A DNA stretch of 31,410 nt from NCBI GenBank assembly GCA_043816185.1, contig JBDRIG010000002.1, positions 1-31,410 of the forward strand, read 5' to 3'. This document shows, one piece after another, positions 18,427 to 28,042 of this stretch; position 1 is the first letter of the stretch, and each line of letters starts with the position of its first letter. Origin of the DNA: Elusimicrobiota bacterium. GTDB lineage: Bacteria > Elusimicrobiota > UBA8919. The notes under the pieces are model-generated. The model did no database searches. It was given only the letters and a program-made list of their open reading frames with translations, and had not been told where the DNA came from. The translations under genes and the position numbers were made by a program.

Positions 18427-18670
18427 ATTAGTTTTTGTTTGCTTCTTGTTTGTTGTGGCTTGTTTGCTGTGTACGGTTCGAAATTAGATAATTACAAGAT
18501 TAAAAAGAGGTTTATCTGTGCGGTTTTAGTCTTTAACCTGTCTCGCTACAAAGTAAGTTCACATAATTTTCATATAGTCATAATTTAATTATCTGTCGTC
18601 AGTATCTGTCGTCGAGCAGGCTTACCTGATTGGTTTAGTCTGGCGGGTTAGTTTTTAGAGGTTAAAAAAT

Positions 18671-19492
18671 ATGTCAACAACACTACTTGGTATAGTTATG
18701 GGATTAGGAATGACGATTTTTGCTATCATCGGTGTATCGCAACAGGATTCAAGTTCAATTGGAAGTCTTGTAAATATGTATTTAAATATGCCGTCTTTTT
18801 TAATGGTTTTTGGTGGAACAATTGCATCAACATTAGTAGCACATCCGTTTTCACATTTAGTTCGTGGATTTACGGCATTTTTTGTTGTATTTACTCGCAA
18901 AGAATTCGATTGGATAAAAGCAATTAATACAGTTTGTGAATTTAGTCAGGTATATATACAAAAAGGAATTCCGGGATTAGAAGAAAAAAATAAAACACAT
19001 AAAACAAAATCTCTTGTCAAAGACGGTATAAGTATGTATGTAAACGGATATAAACTCGAAGAAGTAAAAGAATTTTTGGAAACAACCATTGAGAGAAGAT
19101 ATGATCGTGAAATGATTGATTATTACGTTTTTAGAACAATGGGGTCGGCAGCACCAGCGTTTGGTATGGCTGGAACGCTTGTTGGCTTGATATTTATGCT
19201 TAGGGTAATGAGCGAATCGCCAGATAAGATGGGGCCATTTTTAGCAATTGCACTAATTACTACATTTTATGGTCTGATATTAGCACATCTTGTATTTAAT
19301 CCGATAGGAAATAAACTCAAACAACAGGCAGCGATAAATGTACGGGTTGGTACGATGGAAATAGAGGGAATTGTACATATTTTGAAAAAACAGCACCCTG
19401 TCTATATTAAAGATCAGTTGTCAAGTTATATCCCACCGAAAGAACGATTACAACTTTTCAAAGAGGAAAAAAATCCCTCAATAAAAAAATAA
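18671..19492 (+). CDS. motA: MotA/PomA-family stator A subunit
   Basis: NMPSFLMVFGGT; GIPGLE; APAFGMAGTLVGLI; MGPFLAIALITTFYG; FNPIGNKL. Confidence 0.93.
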   Translation: MSTTLLGIVMGLGMTIFAIIGVSQQDSSSIGSLVNMYLNMPSFLMVFGGTIASTLVAHPFSHLVRGFTAFFVVFTRKEFDWIKAINTVCEFSQVYIQKGIPGLEEKNKTHKTKSLVKDGISMYVNGYKLEEVKEFLETTIERRYDREMIDYYVFRTMGSAAPAFGMAGTLVGLIFMLRVMSESPDKMGPFLAIALITTFYGLILAHLVFNPIGNKLKQQAAINVRVGTMEIEGIVHILKKQHPVYIKDQLSSYIPPKERLQLFKEEKNPSIKK

Positions 19493-19497
19493 CCTAA

Positions 19498-20196
19498 ATG
19501 GCACTACCAAAATTTGTTGATCTATATGATGAAGAAGAAAGTAACAATCAGTGGCTTCTCTCCTATTCGGATGTGGTCACGTTGCTGCTTTGTTTTTTTG
19601 TAGTTTTAGTCTCGTTTTCATCTTTGGATTTAGTTAAAGTAGAACTTTTGACTCAGCATTTTACAAAAACTAAAAAAATGACCTTAAAAGACCTTCAGCA
19701 AAAAATTCAGGAATTTGTTGATTTTGAAAAACTACAGAGCGATATTAAGGTTAATTTAACATCGAGAGGGGTAGAGATAAATTTTAAAGATAAACTTTTA
19801 TTTGATTTAGGCGATGCTAAACTTAAAGAAATAGCATCTCCTATATTAACGAAAATATCAAAATTGCTAAATTATCAAGAAATTGCACAGAGAAGAATTT
19901 CTATAGAGGGTCATACCGATAAACTACCAATAAAAAGTAAAATATATCCATCTAACTGGGAATTATCGTCTGCACGAGCAGCAAGCGTAGTAAAATTTTT
20001 TATTGATCAGGGCTTAAATAGTAGAAGATTTGAGATATCGGGCTATGCAGATAATTTACCGTTAAAGATTCAAACGGATAGAATTTTGGGACAACCAGAA
20101 AATAGACGTGTTGTAGTAGTAATTACTCCAGAGTCATACTTAATAAAAATGGTGCGTAAAGAAATATCACTATCTGCAAACAAAACTCCTCAGTGA
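19498..20196 (+). CDS. motB: MotB-family stator B subunit with OmpA-like peptidoglycan-binding domain
   Basis: WLLSYSDVVTLLLCFFVVL with the essential Asp; IEGHTD; PSNWELSSARA; NRRV. Confidence 0.95.
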   Translation: MALPKFVDLYDEEESNNQWLLSYSDVVTLLLCFFVVLVSFSSLDLVKVELLTQHFTKTKKMTLKDLQQKIQEFVDFEKLQSDIKVNLTSRGVEINFKDKLLFDLGDAKLKEIASPILTKISKLLNYQEIAQRRISIEGHTDKLPIKSKIYPSNWELSSARAASVVKFFIDQGLNSRRFEISGYADNLPLKIQTDRILGQPENRRVVVVITPESYLIKMVRKEISLSANKTPQ

Positions 20197-20299
20197 AATT
20201 AATAACCATGCCGTCCACAAACCACCCACTGTTTTTGCTACTACAGATATAATAACTTGCCATAACATTACTTGTTAACTGCTAGCTAACAGTTACTCT

Positions 20300-20830
20300 C
20301 TAACTTCTCTCAAAAAATATGTTTTTACCAGTTGTGGAAAGAGGAATTCCAAATGCAATTTTAACTTCGTCGCCGAGTAATTTATTTTTTACAGCAGTGT
20401 AACCAGCAGTATACATAATTCTATTATCAATATAATTGTTTGCAGCAACACCAACAGCAGAACCAATCGCAATTCCCAAATCACCTGGATTATAAGCACA
20501 CATACCTTTTAATTCCTCGCATTTTTTACATAATTCAAATCCACAAAATCCGCAGTTAAGTCCTCGTGTCGAAATCTTCGTCCCAATTAAAACAACCGCA
20601 GTTGCTTTTTTTAAGCATTGAGCATCCCTTAAAAATGTATTTGTTCTGTATCCTGTATTTGCAACTTCAACCATTTTTTCTGAAAGATCCTCAATATCTT
20701 TGTCGGTAAAAATCATTGTTACAATATTGTCTATTCCTTTTGCCTTAGGTGCAGTTCTTGCCGCAGCACACATCAGGTTTGCAATTGTTATAATTCCATT
20801 TTTTTCTGCATCAAATGATTGAATTTTCAC
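20300..20830 (-). CDS. DUF2148-like ferredoxin domain-containing protein
   Basis: AARTAPKAKG, NCGFCGFELC..C cysteine cluster, DLGIAIGSA, DNRIMYTAG, KNIFFER; GTG start after GGAGG. Confidence 0.85.
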   Translation of the reverse strand: MKIQSFDAEKNGIITIANLMCAAARTAPKAKGIDNIVTMIFTDKDIEDLSEKMVEVANTGYRTNTFLRDAQCLKKATAVVLIGTKISTRGLNCGFCGFELCKKCEELKGMCAYNPGDLGIAIGSAVGVAANNYIDNRIMYTAGYTAVKNKLLGDEVKIAFGIPLSTTGKNIFFERS

Positions 20831-20892
20831 AAACCCTCCACTGCTTATCTCGTTTTATCTACGTAATTTTACCTGTATAATTGCTGTCGTAA

Positions 20893-20943
20893 CACTACTT
20901 CGTTAAGTTCGGTCCGTCACTGCGAGCGAAGCGAAGCAATCTC
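20893..20943 (+). repeat. Uninterrupted REP-like repeat copy
   Basis: cactacttcgttaagttcggtccgtcactgcgagcgaagcgaagcaatctc; homologous to 4318-4346 plus 4467-4492. Confidence 0.75.
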
Positions 20944-20974
20944 AGCCAGCTTGTCACCTGTGTTTTCAAAAACT

Positions 20975-23185
20975 TCAAAAACCACCCTCGGCATCAAGTC
21001 CGATTGATTGAGGTATAAGTACTGGTTGTGTTGTGGTTTCTTTGGATGGCGTCAAAATTGTCGGTAAAAGATTAATATCGGTTAACGATTGAAACGTTGT
21101 TTCATCTTCAACTTTTTTAACTTCTCTTTGCGAAACAGTACTTTCGCCAATTGAAAATTCTTCTGGCTCCGTCCCACTTAAAAATGCTTCTAAGTACGTT
21201 CCTTTTGGATTTCCAATCGCTAAAAGTCCTGTTTGTGGGTCAATTTTTGCATAAGTAATATTTGAAGGCATTGGAAAACTCACAACTGGTTTTTGAGACA
21301 AAGATGCTTTCATAAACTCTGTCCAGATAGGGCAAGCGATTCGCCCGCCTGTCATTTTTTTACCAAGTGTTCTATGGTCGTCATAGCCAACCCATACACC
21401 ACATACAAGTTGTGGAGTATAGCCGACAAACCACATATCTTGGCAATCATTTGTTGTCCCTGTTTTTCCAGCAGCCTGTCTTTTTAATTGTTTCGCATAA
21501 ATACCTGTTCCATGCTCAATAACACCACGCATCAAGTTTGTCATTAAAAATGCCGTCTGTGCAGATATCACATCTTTTTCTTCAGGAAAAAATTCTTCTA
21601 AAATTCTACCTTTATTATCAACAACTTTTATAATTGAATATGGGGTTGTTTTTATGCCAGAGTTTGCAAGACAACCAAAAGCAGAAACCATTTCTTTTAA
21701 TGTAACATCCGACGAGCCGAGTGCTAAAGAGATTGTTTCGGTAAGAGGCGATTCGATTCCAAGTTTTTTTGCATATGCTGCAACGGTGATTGGTTTAATT
21801 TTATCTGTTACTTTGATTGCGCATATATTTAATGAATGTTCCAATGCTTTTCTTAAAAAAACTGACCCGTGAAATTTTTTCGAATAATTTTGAGGTTGCC
21901 ACAGAACTCGCTCATTTGGTTTATTGTTTTCAATTGCCTGCTTATCCTTTTCTAATAATTCAGTAATAAAATTTTTGTCCGTGACATTGGAAAAATCAGT
22001 TGTATTTGATAAAAGTTCCCAATCACGGCCCGTGTTATAATATGTTACAGGTGAATCGTCGACAATTGAAGTTGCGGTAAAACCATTTTCAATTGCAGCG
22101 GTGTAAACAAAAACCTTAAACGCACTACCTGGCTGTCTTTTCGCTTGAAATACTCTATTAAATTGACTTGTTTGAAAACTTCTTCCGCCGACTAATGCCC
22201 GAATTTCACCTGTTTTTACATCAAGACACAAAAGGGCACCTTCAACAGTATATGTTGATTTTGAAAGTTGATCAAATTCTACGAGATGTTTTTCAAGAAT
22301 TTTTTCAGCAGATTCTTGAATTTTTTTATCAAGTGTCGTATAAATTTTTAATCCACCTTGAAACAATTGTGTTCCATATTTAGATTCAAGTGTTTGTCTG
22401 ATATTATCAATAAAATGAGGTGCTATTTTTGTAGCAATCTGTGGTGGTGAAAGAATAATATTTTTTTCTTTAGCCTCTTTTTTTTGCTCGTCAGTAATAA
22501 AGCCAACAGCGTGCATTCTTTCCAGAACAACTGCCCTTCTTTGAATTGCCTTTTCGGGATTTTTAAAAGGTGAATATACCGATGGTGCCTTCGGAAGTCC
22601 TGCTAAAAGCGCACATTCTTCAAGCGTTAACTCGGTTACATTTTTTCCAAAATAAACTTTTGCCGCAGTTGCAACACCATATGCACCATTTCCAAAATAA
22701 ATCTGATTTAGATATATTTCAAGAATTTCATATTTTGAGTAGTCGCGCTCTAACTGAATTGCAAGAATTACCTCTTTTATTTTTCTGGCAAGAGTTTTTT
22801 TTCGCGACAAAAAAATCACTTTTGAAAGTTGCTGGGTAATTGTAGAGCCACCTTCTATTACTTTGCCTGCTTTAAGATTTGAAACAAAGGCACCAAGTAT
22901 TCTATATGGATCAACTCCCCAGTGCTTAAAAAAACGGGTGTCTTCAATTGAAATCATTGCATTTATCATATCTTTTGGAATTTGAAAAAGTGGGACAGCA
23001 GTTCTTTTTTCCGTAAATAATTCAGCGATTAATTCTTCATTTACGTCATAAATTTTTGTAGTTAAAGACGGTGTATAGTTTATTAATTGAGTTGGATCTG
23101 GGATATCGCCAAGATATTTTATTAATCGTTTAGTAAAAGCAAAAAATATCGCAATTCCAACTACTAAAAAAATCCATTTTTTCAT
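20975..23185 (-). CDS. mrcA: Class A penicillin-binding protein (PBP1A family)
   Basis: Transglycosylase EDTRFFKHWG, GGSTITQQ, RKIKE, YLNQIYFG; transpeptidase SAFK, SLN, KTGT. Confidence 0.95.
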   Translation of the reverse strand: MKKWIFLVVGIAIFFAFTKRLIKYLGDIPDPTQLINYTPSLTTKIYDVNEELIAELFTEKRTAVPLFQIPKDMINAMISIEDTRFFKHWGVDPYRILGAFVSNLKAGKVIEGGSTITQQLSKVIFLSRKKTLARKIKEVILAIQLERDYSKYEILEIYLNQIYFGNGAYGVATAAKVYFGKNVTELTLEECALLAGLPKAPSVYSPFKNPEKAIQRRAVVLERMHAVGFITDEQKKEAKEKNIILSPPQIATKIAPHFIDNIRQTLESKYGTQLFQGGLKIYTTLDKKIQESAEKILEKHLVEFDQLSKSTYTVEGALLCLDVKTGEIRALVGGRSFQTSQFNRVFQAKRQPGSAFKVFVYTAAIENGFTATSIVDDSPVTYYNTGRDWELLSNTTDFSNVTDKNFITELLEKDKQAIENNKPNERVLWQPQNYSKKFHGSVFLRKALEHSLNICAIKVTDKIKPITVAAYAKKLGIESPLTETISLALGSSDVTLKEMVSAFGCLANSGIKTTPYSIIKVVDNKGRILEEFFPEEKDVISAQTAFLMTNLMRGVIEHGTGIYAKQLKRQAAGKTGTTNDCQDMWFVGYTPQLVCGVWVGYDDHRTLGKKMTGGRIACPIWTEFMKASLSQKPVVSFPMPSNITYAKIDPQTGLLAIGNPKGTYLEAFLSGTEPEEFSIGESTVSQREVKKVEDETTFQSLTDINLLPTILTPSKETTTQPVLIPQSIGLDAEGGF

Positions 23186-23261
23186 AATTTAATTTACAGA
23201 AATTTCAAAGTTATAAATTTCTAATAAAATCTCTTAAGAATGATATTTAGGAATAATTGCC

Positions 23262-23397
23262 ACTGTGTCGCAATTCTACTTTTGGTCATCTATGGAAAAG
23301 CAAGCTTCCTTCCGGGGAGGTCATAAAGTAACGCATAAAAGCGCAGACCTTTTGTGATCTTTTCAAACGACCAAAAGTGGAGTTGCGACACAGTCTG
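23262..23397. mobile_element. MITE-like element copy 3 (about 136 bp)
   Basis: ACTGTGTCGCAATTCTACTTTTGGTC (23262-23287) is a 24/26 inverted match to 23369-23394; right end ..GCGACACAGTCTG; ATTGCC on both flanks. Confidence 0.78.
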
Positions 23398-23504
23398 ATT
23401 GCCACTCATACGAAATCGAGAATCTATCTTGACGCACGGCAAACTTAAAGATTATCGATTACAATAAATGAACAAATAAACAAACAAATGCATTTCAGAT
23501 TTTT

Positions 23505-23533
23505 ATTATATCTCTACAAAACCTATTTGTCAA
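23505..23533 (-). promoter_or_regulatory. Consensus sigma-70 promoter facing the PBP1A gene
   Basis: Minus strand TTGACA (23533-23528), 17 bp, TATAAT (23510-23505). Confidence 0.75.
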
Positions 23534-23558
23534 GCGATAGATTTGCTCAATTTTTTGC

Positions 23559-23587
23559 TTGATTTTATGTTTTCTTTTATGTAAAAT
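23559..23587 (+). promoter_or_regulatory. Putative sigma-70 promoter for tyrS (divergent from the PBP promoter)
   Basis: TTGATT (23559-23564), 17 bp, TAAAAT (23582-23587). Confidence 0.5.
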
Positions 23588-23732
23588 AAAACTATTAAAT
23601 TTGGCTGAAATGAACTGGTTATGACGATAAAACGCTGATTGTAGAAATAAAATCATTGTTGTTAATCGCTATAATCGTTTGCTGTAAATTGTTGTAATTA
23701 CAGTTTCTATTAATTTTTTCAACAGAGGTTGA

Positions 23733-24911
23733 TTGAAAACTATGGATATAAATGAGCAACTGTCAAAAATAAAACGTGGTATCGTCGAAATAATTTCGGA
23801 AGCGGAACTTACTGCGAAATTGAAACTCAATAGACCTCTAAGGATTAAATTAGGTGTTGATCCGACCTCGCCAGATATCCATCTTGGGCATACTGTCGTC
23901 ATAGAAAAACTCAAAGTATTTCAGGACTTGGGGCACAAGATTGTTTTTATTATTGGCGATTTTACGGCTCGTATTGGTGATCCGTCAGGTAGAAGCGAAG
24001 CAAGGCCTGTTTTGGACGAGAGTGAAATTTTGGAAAATGCAAAAACATATCAAGAACAGGTCTTTAAAATTTTGGACAAGGAAAAAACAGAAATTAGATT
24101 TAACAGTCACTGGCTTTATTCGTTGGGACTCGATGGGCTTTTGGAATTAGCGAAGCATTCGACGGTTGCACAGATGCTTGCCCGTGCCGATTTTAACCAG
24201 AGATATAAAAATGGAAACGATATAACTATTCTCGAATTTTTGTACCCGTTATTGACGGGCTATGATTCTGTGGCAATGAATGCCGACATTGAACTCGGTG
24301 GCACCGACCAGAAGTTTAATCTTTTGATGGCGCGCCAAATTCAGAGGGACTATGGTCAACCACCGCAAGTTGTTATGACGATGCCACTTTTAGAAGGTAC
24401 CGATGGTGTGCAGAAAATGTCAAAATCGTATAAAAACTATATTGGGATTTCAGAAGTACCGTTAGAAATTTTTGGAAAAATAATGTCCATAACAGACGTT
24501 TTAATGTATAAATACTACGAACTTTTAACACAGGAAAATTTGGATGAAATAAAAAAACGCCATCCTAAACAAATGAAACAAAAACTTGCGAAAATTATTG
24601 TTAGTAAATTTTATTCAGAAGAGATTGCCGATAATACTGAAAATGAATTTAATAAAATATTTGCTGAAAAAAAATTGCCATCTGAAATAGAAGAATTTGT
24701 CACTTCAAAAAAAGAAATAAAAATTTCCGAACTTCTCGTTGATGCGGGGTTTTCAGTTAGCAAAAAAGAATCTGAGCGATTGATAAAGCAGGGTGGTGTC
24801 AGAATTAACGAAGAAAAAATAATGGTGGATAAAACCATAAAAATAGACGGTGAATTTTTAATTCAAGTTGGCAAAAGAAAATTCAAGAAAATATTGATGC
24901 ACCCGTTGTGA
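23733..24911 (+). CDS. tyrS: Tyrosine--tRNA ligase (start 23733 TTG or 23742 ATG)
   Basis: [39 protein letters not shown]-terminal S4 domain. Confidence 0.98.
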   Translation: MKTMDINEQLSKIKRGIVEIISEAELTAKLKLNRPLRIKLGVDPTSPDIHLGHTVVIEKLKVFQDLGHKIVFIIGDFTARIGDPSGRSEARPVLDESEILENAKTYQEQVFKILDKEKTEIRFNSHWLYSLGLDGLLELAKHSTVAQMLARADFNQRYKNGNDITILEFLYPLLTGYDSVAMNADIELGGTDQKFNLLMARQIQRDYGQPPQVVMTMPLLEGTDGVQKMSKSYKNYIGISEVPLEIFGKIMSITDVLMYKYYELLTQENLDEIKKRHPKQMKQKLAKIIVSKFYSEEIADNTENEFNKIFAEKKLPSEIEEFVTSKKEIKISELLVDAGFSVSKKESERLIKQGGVRINEEKIMVDKTIKIDGEFLIQVGKRKFKKILMHPL

Positions 24912-25052
24912 TAGTAGGTAGAGTTCGGATGATGTCTAACAATATCATTGTGTAGCTGCTCTTACAGAACATACTTTTGGCACTTCCAGAGAGCATACTT
25001 TTAGCCGAGATTGGCGCAATTAATTTATTGTATAGGAATTTGGAAGATTTGT

Positions 25053-25125
25053 CCCCACTGAAGTGGGGAATAAAAAGTTATTTTTACACCCGACCCCGAT
25101 TTTCATCGGGGCATGCTTTAGTCGG
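25053..25125. repeat. Short GC-stem hairpins upstream of the restriction endonuclease
   Basis: CCCCAC-TGAA-GTGGGG (25053-25068) and CCCCGAT-TTTC-ATCGGGG (25094-25111). Confidence 0.55.
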
Positions 25126-25132
25126 ATAACTT

Positions 25133-25822
25133 ATGACATTAAAAGAATTCAAAAGTAGATTGACAGAAATTGAGAAATTATGTTTTGTGCAATCAAAGCG
25201 AAAAGGTAGCACGGGAATTGGGTACACTCTTGAAATGCTTTTGAATATTAAAGAAAACAACATTAAACTCCCCGACCTTGGAGAGATTGAGTTGAAATCA
25301 AAACGAAAAAATGTTTTCACATTTGTCACAATGTTCACTTTCAACAGTGGAGTTTGGAAAATCCATCAATCAGATGTTATCAAAACTTACGGCTACAAAG
25401 ACAAGCAGGAACGAAAGGCATTGAAATGTTTTGTTCGTGTTACACCAAATGCACAAGGACTTTATTTGAAAGTAACAAAGCAGTCGCTTCAAATGTATCA
25501 CACCGACAAAACTTTGATTGCTGAATGGAACGCAACAAATTTATTGCAATACTTTTCAGCAAAAGTACCCTCACTCATTTTAGTTCTTGCGGACACAAGA
25601 AAAAATGAGGATAATAAAGAAGAATTTCATTACAACGAAGCATACTTGCTGAAAACTCCAAGCAAAACGGGACTGCTAAAATTGATAGAACAAGGTTTCA
25701 TGGTTGTAGATTTGCGAATGCATTTAAAGTCATCGGGTGCAGTTAGAAATAGAGGAACGGCATTTCGTGTTGAAGAAAAAAATCTTATTCAATGTTTTGC
25801 CGAAAAAATAAAGTTGCTATGA
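25133..25822 (+). CDS. MvaI/BcnI-family type II restriction endonuclease
   Basis: GSTGIGYTLEMLLNIKENN..PDLGEIELKSKR..TMFT (PD-(D/E)xK), ending VDLRMH..RNRGTAFR; adjacent methyltransferase. Confidence 0.82.
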   Translation: MTLKEFKSRLTEIEKLCFVQSKRKGSTGIGYTLEMLLNIKENNIKLPDLGEIELKSKRKNVFTFVTMFTFNSGVWKIHQSDVIKTYGYKDKQERKALKCFVRVTPNAQGLYLKVTKQSLQMYHTDKTLIAEWNATNLLQYFSAKVPSLILVLADTRKNEDNKEEFHYNEAYLLKTPSKTGLLKLIEQGFMVVDLRMHLKSSGAVRNRGTAFRVEEKNLIQCFAEKIKLL

Positions 25823-27069
25823 AAAAATATACAGACAATTCATGGGATTTCAGTACAGCGGACACAAAAACATTCACTCACTGTTTTCACAATTATCCAG
25901 CAATGATGATACCTCAAATTGCAGGAAGATTGATTGACTGTTTAGGAAAGAAGAATGATGTTTTATTTGACCCATATTGCGGAACAGGAACTTCAATTGT
26001 TGAAGCAAACTTGCGAGGTATAAGTGGAATTGCAACGGACATAAATCCTTTAGCCCGACTAATCACAAAAGCAAAGTCAACTATAATTCCATTACAAGTT
26101 TTAGATTTTTATTTAAAGGACTTCAACGATTTTATTTTTCAATACAAATTCGGAATTAAAAGTGAAACAATAGAGATTCCAGATTTTCCAAATATTGATT
26201 TTTGGTTTACTCCGCAGGTGAAACAACATTTAGCAAGGATTAAAATCTACATTGATAAAATTGAAGATAAAAATGTGATTGCCTTTTTCAAAGTTGCGTT
26301 TAGTGAAACTATTAGAGAAAGTTCACTGACAAAAAATAGTGAGTTCAAATTAGTGCGAATGAAAGATAGGCAACTAAGAAAATTTTCTCCAGATGTTTTC
26401 ACAATTTTTGAAAGAAAAATTTTCAGAAATAGAAATGGTTTGAAAAATTTTATTGAGCAAGTTAAAACACATAAGAAAAATCAGATTTGTGACTTTAATA
26501 CAATTAACGACATCCCAAAGAAAATTATCGAGGAAGGAAGCATTGATTTGATTGTTACTTCGCCACCATATGGAGATAGCAAAACTACTGTTGCATATGG
26601 ACAATTTTCGCGACTTTCGAATCAGTGGTTAGGACTTAAAGATGCAAGTCAGGTTGACAATAATTTAATGGGAGGCAGACGGGCAAAGAGTTATGAAAAG
26701 TTCGATGTGAAAGAATTGGACAAACAAATTGAGAAAATAGGGAACAAAGATGAGAAGCGAGTATTGGATGTAATTAGTTTTTATCACGACTACAAAACTT
26801 CAATTTCAAATGTTGCAAAGACAATTAAACCAGGAGGTAATATTGCATATGTTGTCGGAAACAGACGAGTGAAGGATGAGGAACTTCCAACAGATATTGT
26901 TACTGCAAAGTTTTTTGAGCAGCACAATTTTACACATATAGAAACAATCATTCGCAACATTCCGAGCAAGCGGATGCCAAAAGAAAACAGTCCGACAAAT
27001 ATTGCTGGTGCAAAAAACACCACTATGAATTGCGAGTATATTGTCGTGTTGAAAAAGCCGAACTGCTAA
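25819..27069 (+). CDS. N4-cytosine DNA methyltransferase, alpha class (M.MvaI-like), cognate to the endonuclease
   Basis: HNYPAMMIP; motif I DPYCGTGT before motif IV TSPPY; ATGA overlap with endonuclease stop. Confidence 0.88.
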   Translation: MKKYTDNSWDFSTADTKTFTHCFHNYPAMMIPQIAGRLIDCLGKKNDVLFDPYCGTGTSIVEANLRGISGIATDINPLARLITKAKSTIIPLQVLDFYLKDFNDFIFQYKFGIKSETIEIPDFPNIDFWFTPQVKQHLARIKIYIDKIEDKNVIAFFKVAFSETIRESSLTKNSEFKLVRMKDRQLRKFSPDVFTIFERKIFRNRNGLKNFIEQVKTHKKNQICDFNTINDIPKKIIEEGSIDLIVTSPPYGDSKTTVAYGQFSRLSNQWLGLKDASQVDNNLMGGRRAKSYEKFDVKELDKQIEKIGNKDEKRVLDVISFYHDYKTSISNVAKTIKPGGNIAYVVGNRRVKDEELPTDIVTAKFFEQHNFTHIETIIRNIPSKRMPKENSPTNIAGAKNTTMNCEYIVVLKKPNC

Positions 27070-27210
27070 CAACTGGATTGAACGCGTATGTACATAAATT
27101 ATAGTATCGGAATTTGAATTTGATATTTGATTACGGTGAGTAGAAGCAGTTTAATCGCTGTAATCTTGCGACGAAGTCGGCTAACTTATTAAAATGACTA
27201 ACAGGAACTC

Positions 27211-27268
27211 TAAAAGGGAGGATAGTAAAATGGTATTAAGTAAAAGGGAGGATAGTAAAATGGTATTA
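27211..27268 (+). repeat. Tandem duplication of the thi4 RBS and start
   Basis: TAAAAGGGAGGATAGTAAAATGGTATTA at 27211-27238 and 27241-27268 (30-bp period). Confidence 0.9.
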
Positions 27269-28042
27269 GATGATGTCAAAATATCCGAATTAATAATCAA
27301 GCAATTTTCGGAAAAATTGCTTGATAGTTTGAAGTCAGATGTTGCCATAGTTGGCGGTGGTCCAGCCGGATTAACGGCTGCTTATTATCTTGCCAAAAAA
27401 AATGTAAAAGTAATTCTTTTTGAGAGGAAACTTTCAATAGGTGGTGGGATGTGGGGCGGCGGAATAATGTTTAACGAAATCGTTATTCAACCTAATGCAA
27501 AAAAAATTCTCGATGAGTTTGATGTAAAAACAAAAGATATGGGCGATGGTTATTATTGTGCCGATTCAGTTGAGACGGTTTCAACAATTTGTTCCAAAAC
27601 ATCAAAAGCAGGAGTAAGAATATTTAATTTAATGAGTGCCGAGGATGTTATGATTACCAATGGGAGGGTTAGCGGATTGGTTATAAATTGGAGTGCTGTT
27701 GAAATTGCCAATCTCCATGTTGACCCTATTACAGTAGGAGCCAAATATATTATAGATGCAACAGGGCATCCAGCAGAAGTTGCCCATAAACTTCAGGATA
27801 AAAATGGTTGCAGATTAAAAACAAAAACTGGTAAAATTATGGGTGAAAAAGAAATGAATGCCGAAATAGGGGAGAAAAAGATTCTTGAAAATACGAAGGA
27901 AATATATCCGGGTGTCTATTCTTGTGGGATGTGTTGTAACGCTATATTTGGTGCACAGAGAATGGGACCTATTTTTGGCGGAATGCTTATGAGCGGTAAA
28001 AAAGTTGCTGAAATTATTTCAGCAAGAATGAAAATAAGTTGA
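27260..28042 (+). CDS. thi4: Sulfide-dependent adenosine diphosphate thiazole synthase (His-type Thi4); alternative in-frame start 27230
   Basis: [38 protein letters not shown]. Confidence 0.93.
   Translation: MVLDDVKISELIIKQFSEKLLDSLKSDVAIVGGGPAGLTAAYYLAKKNVKVILFERKLSIGGGMWGGGIMFNEIVIQPNAKKILDEFDVKTKDMGDGYYCADSVETVSTICSKTSKAGVRIFNLMSAEDVMITNGRVSGLVINWSAVEIANLHVDPITVGAKYIIDATGHPAEVAHKLQDKNGCRLKTKTGKIMGEKEMNAEIGEKKILENTKEIYPGVYSCGMCCNAIFGAQRMGPIFGGMLMSGKKVAEIISARMKIS

Noticed and set aside
18427..18613. Open frame continuing after the TPR gene stop, and a TATCTGTCGTC doublet at 18590/18603
   Set aside because: About 53 codons with no convincing RBS or motif; the two-copy repeat has no supporting context
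18671..20196. Zorya ZorA/ZorB anti-phage system
   Set aside because: The A subunit is 273 aa with no long cytoplasmic tail, both proteins carry flagellar-type motifs, and no zorC/D/E-like genes are adjacent
23590..23732. T-box riboswitch upstream of tyrS
   Set aside because: No AGGGTGGNACCGCG T-box sequence or terminator; none before cysS either
27061..27160. Integron attC site after the methyltransferase (stop codon within GCTAAC)
   Set aside because: No complementary GTTRRRY core or extended hairpin downstream and no integrase in the window
27070..27210. TPP riboswitch upstream of thi4
   Set aside because: No CUGAGA or ACCUGA..AGGGA core found
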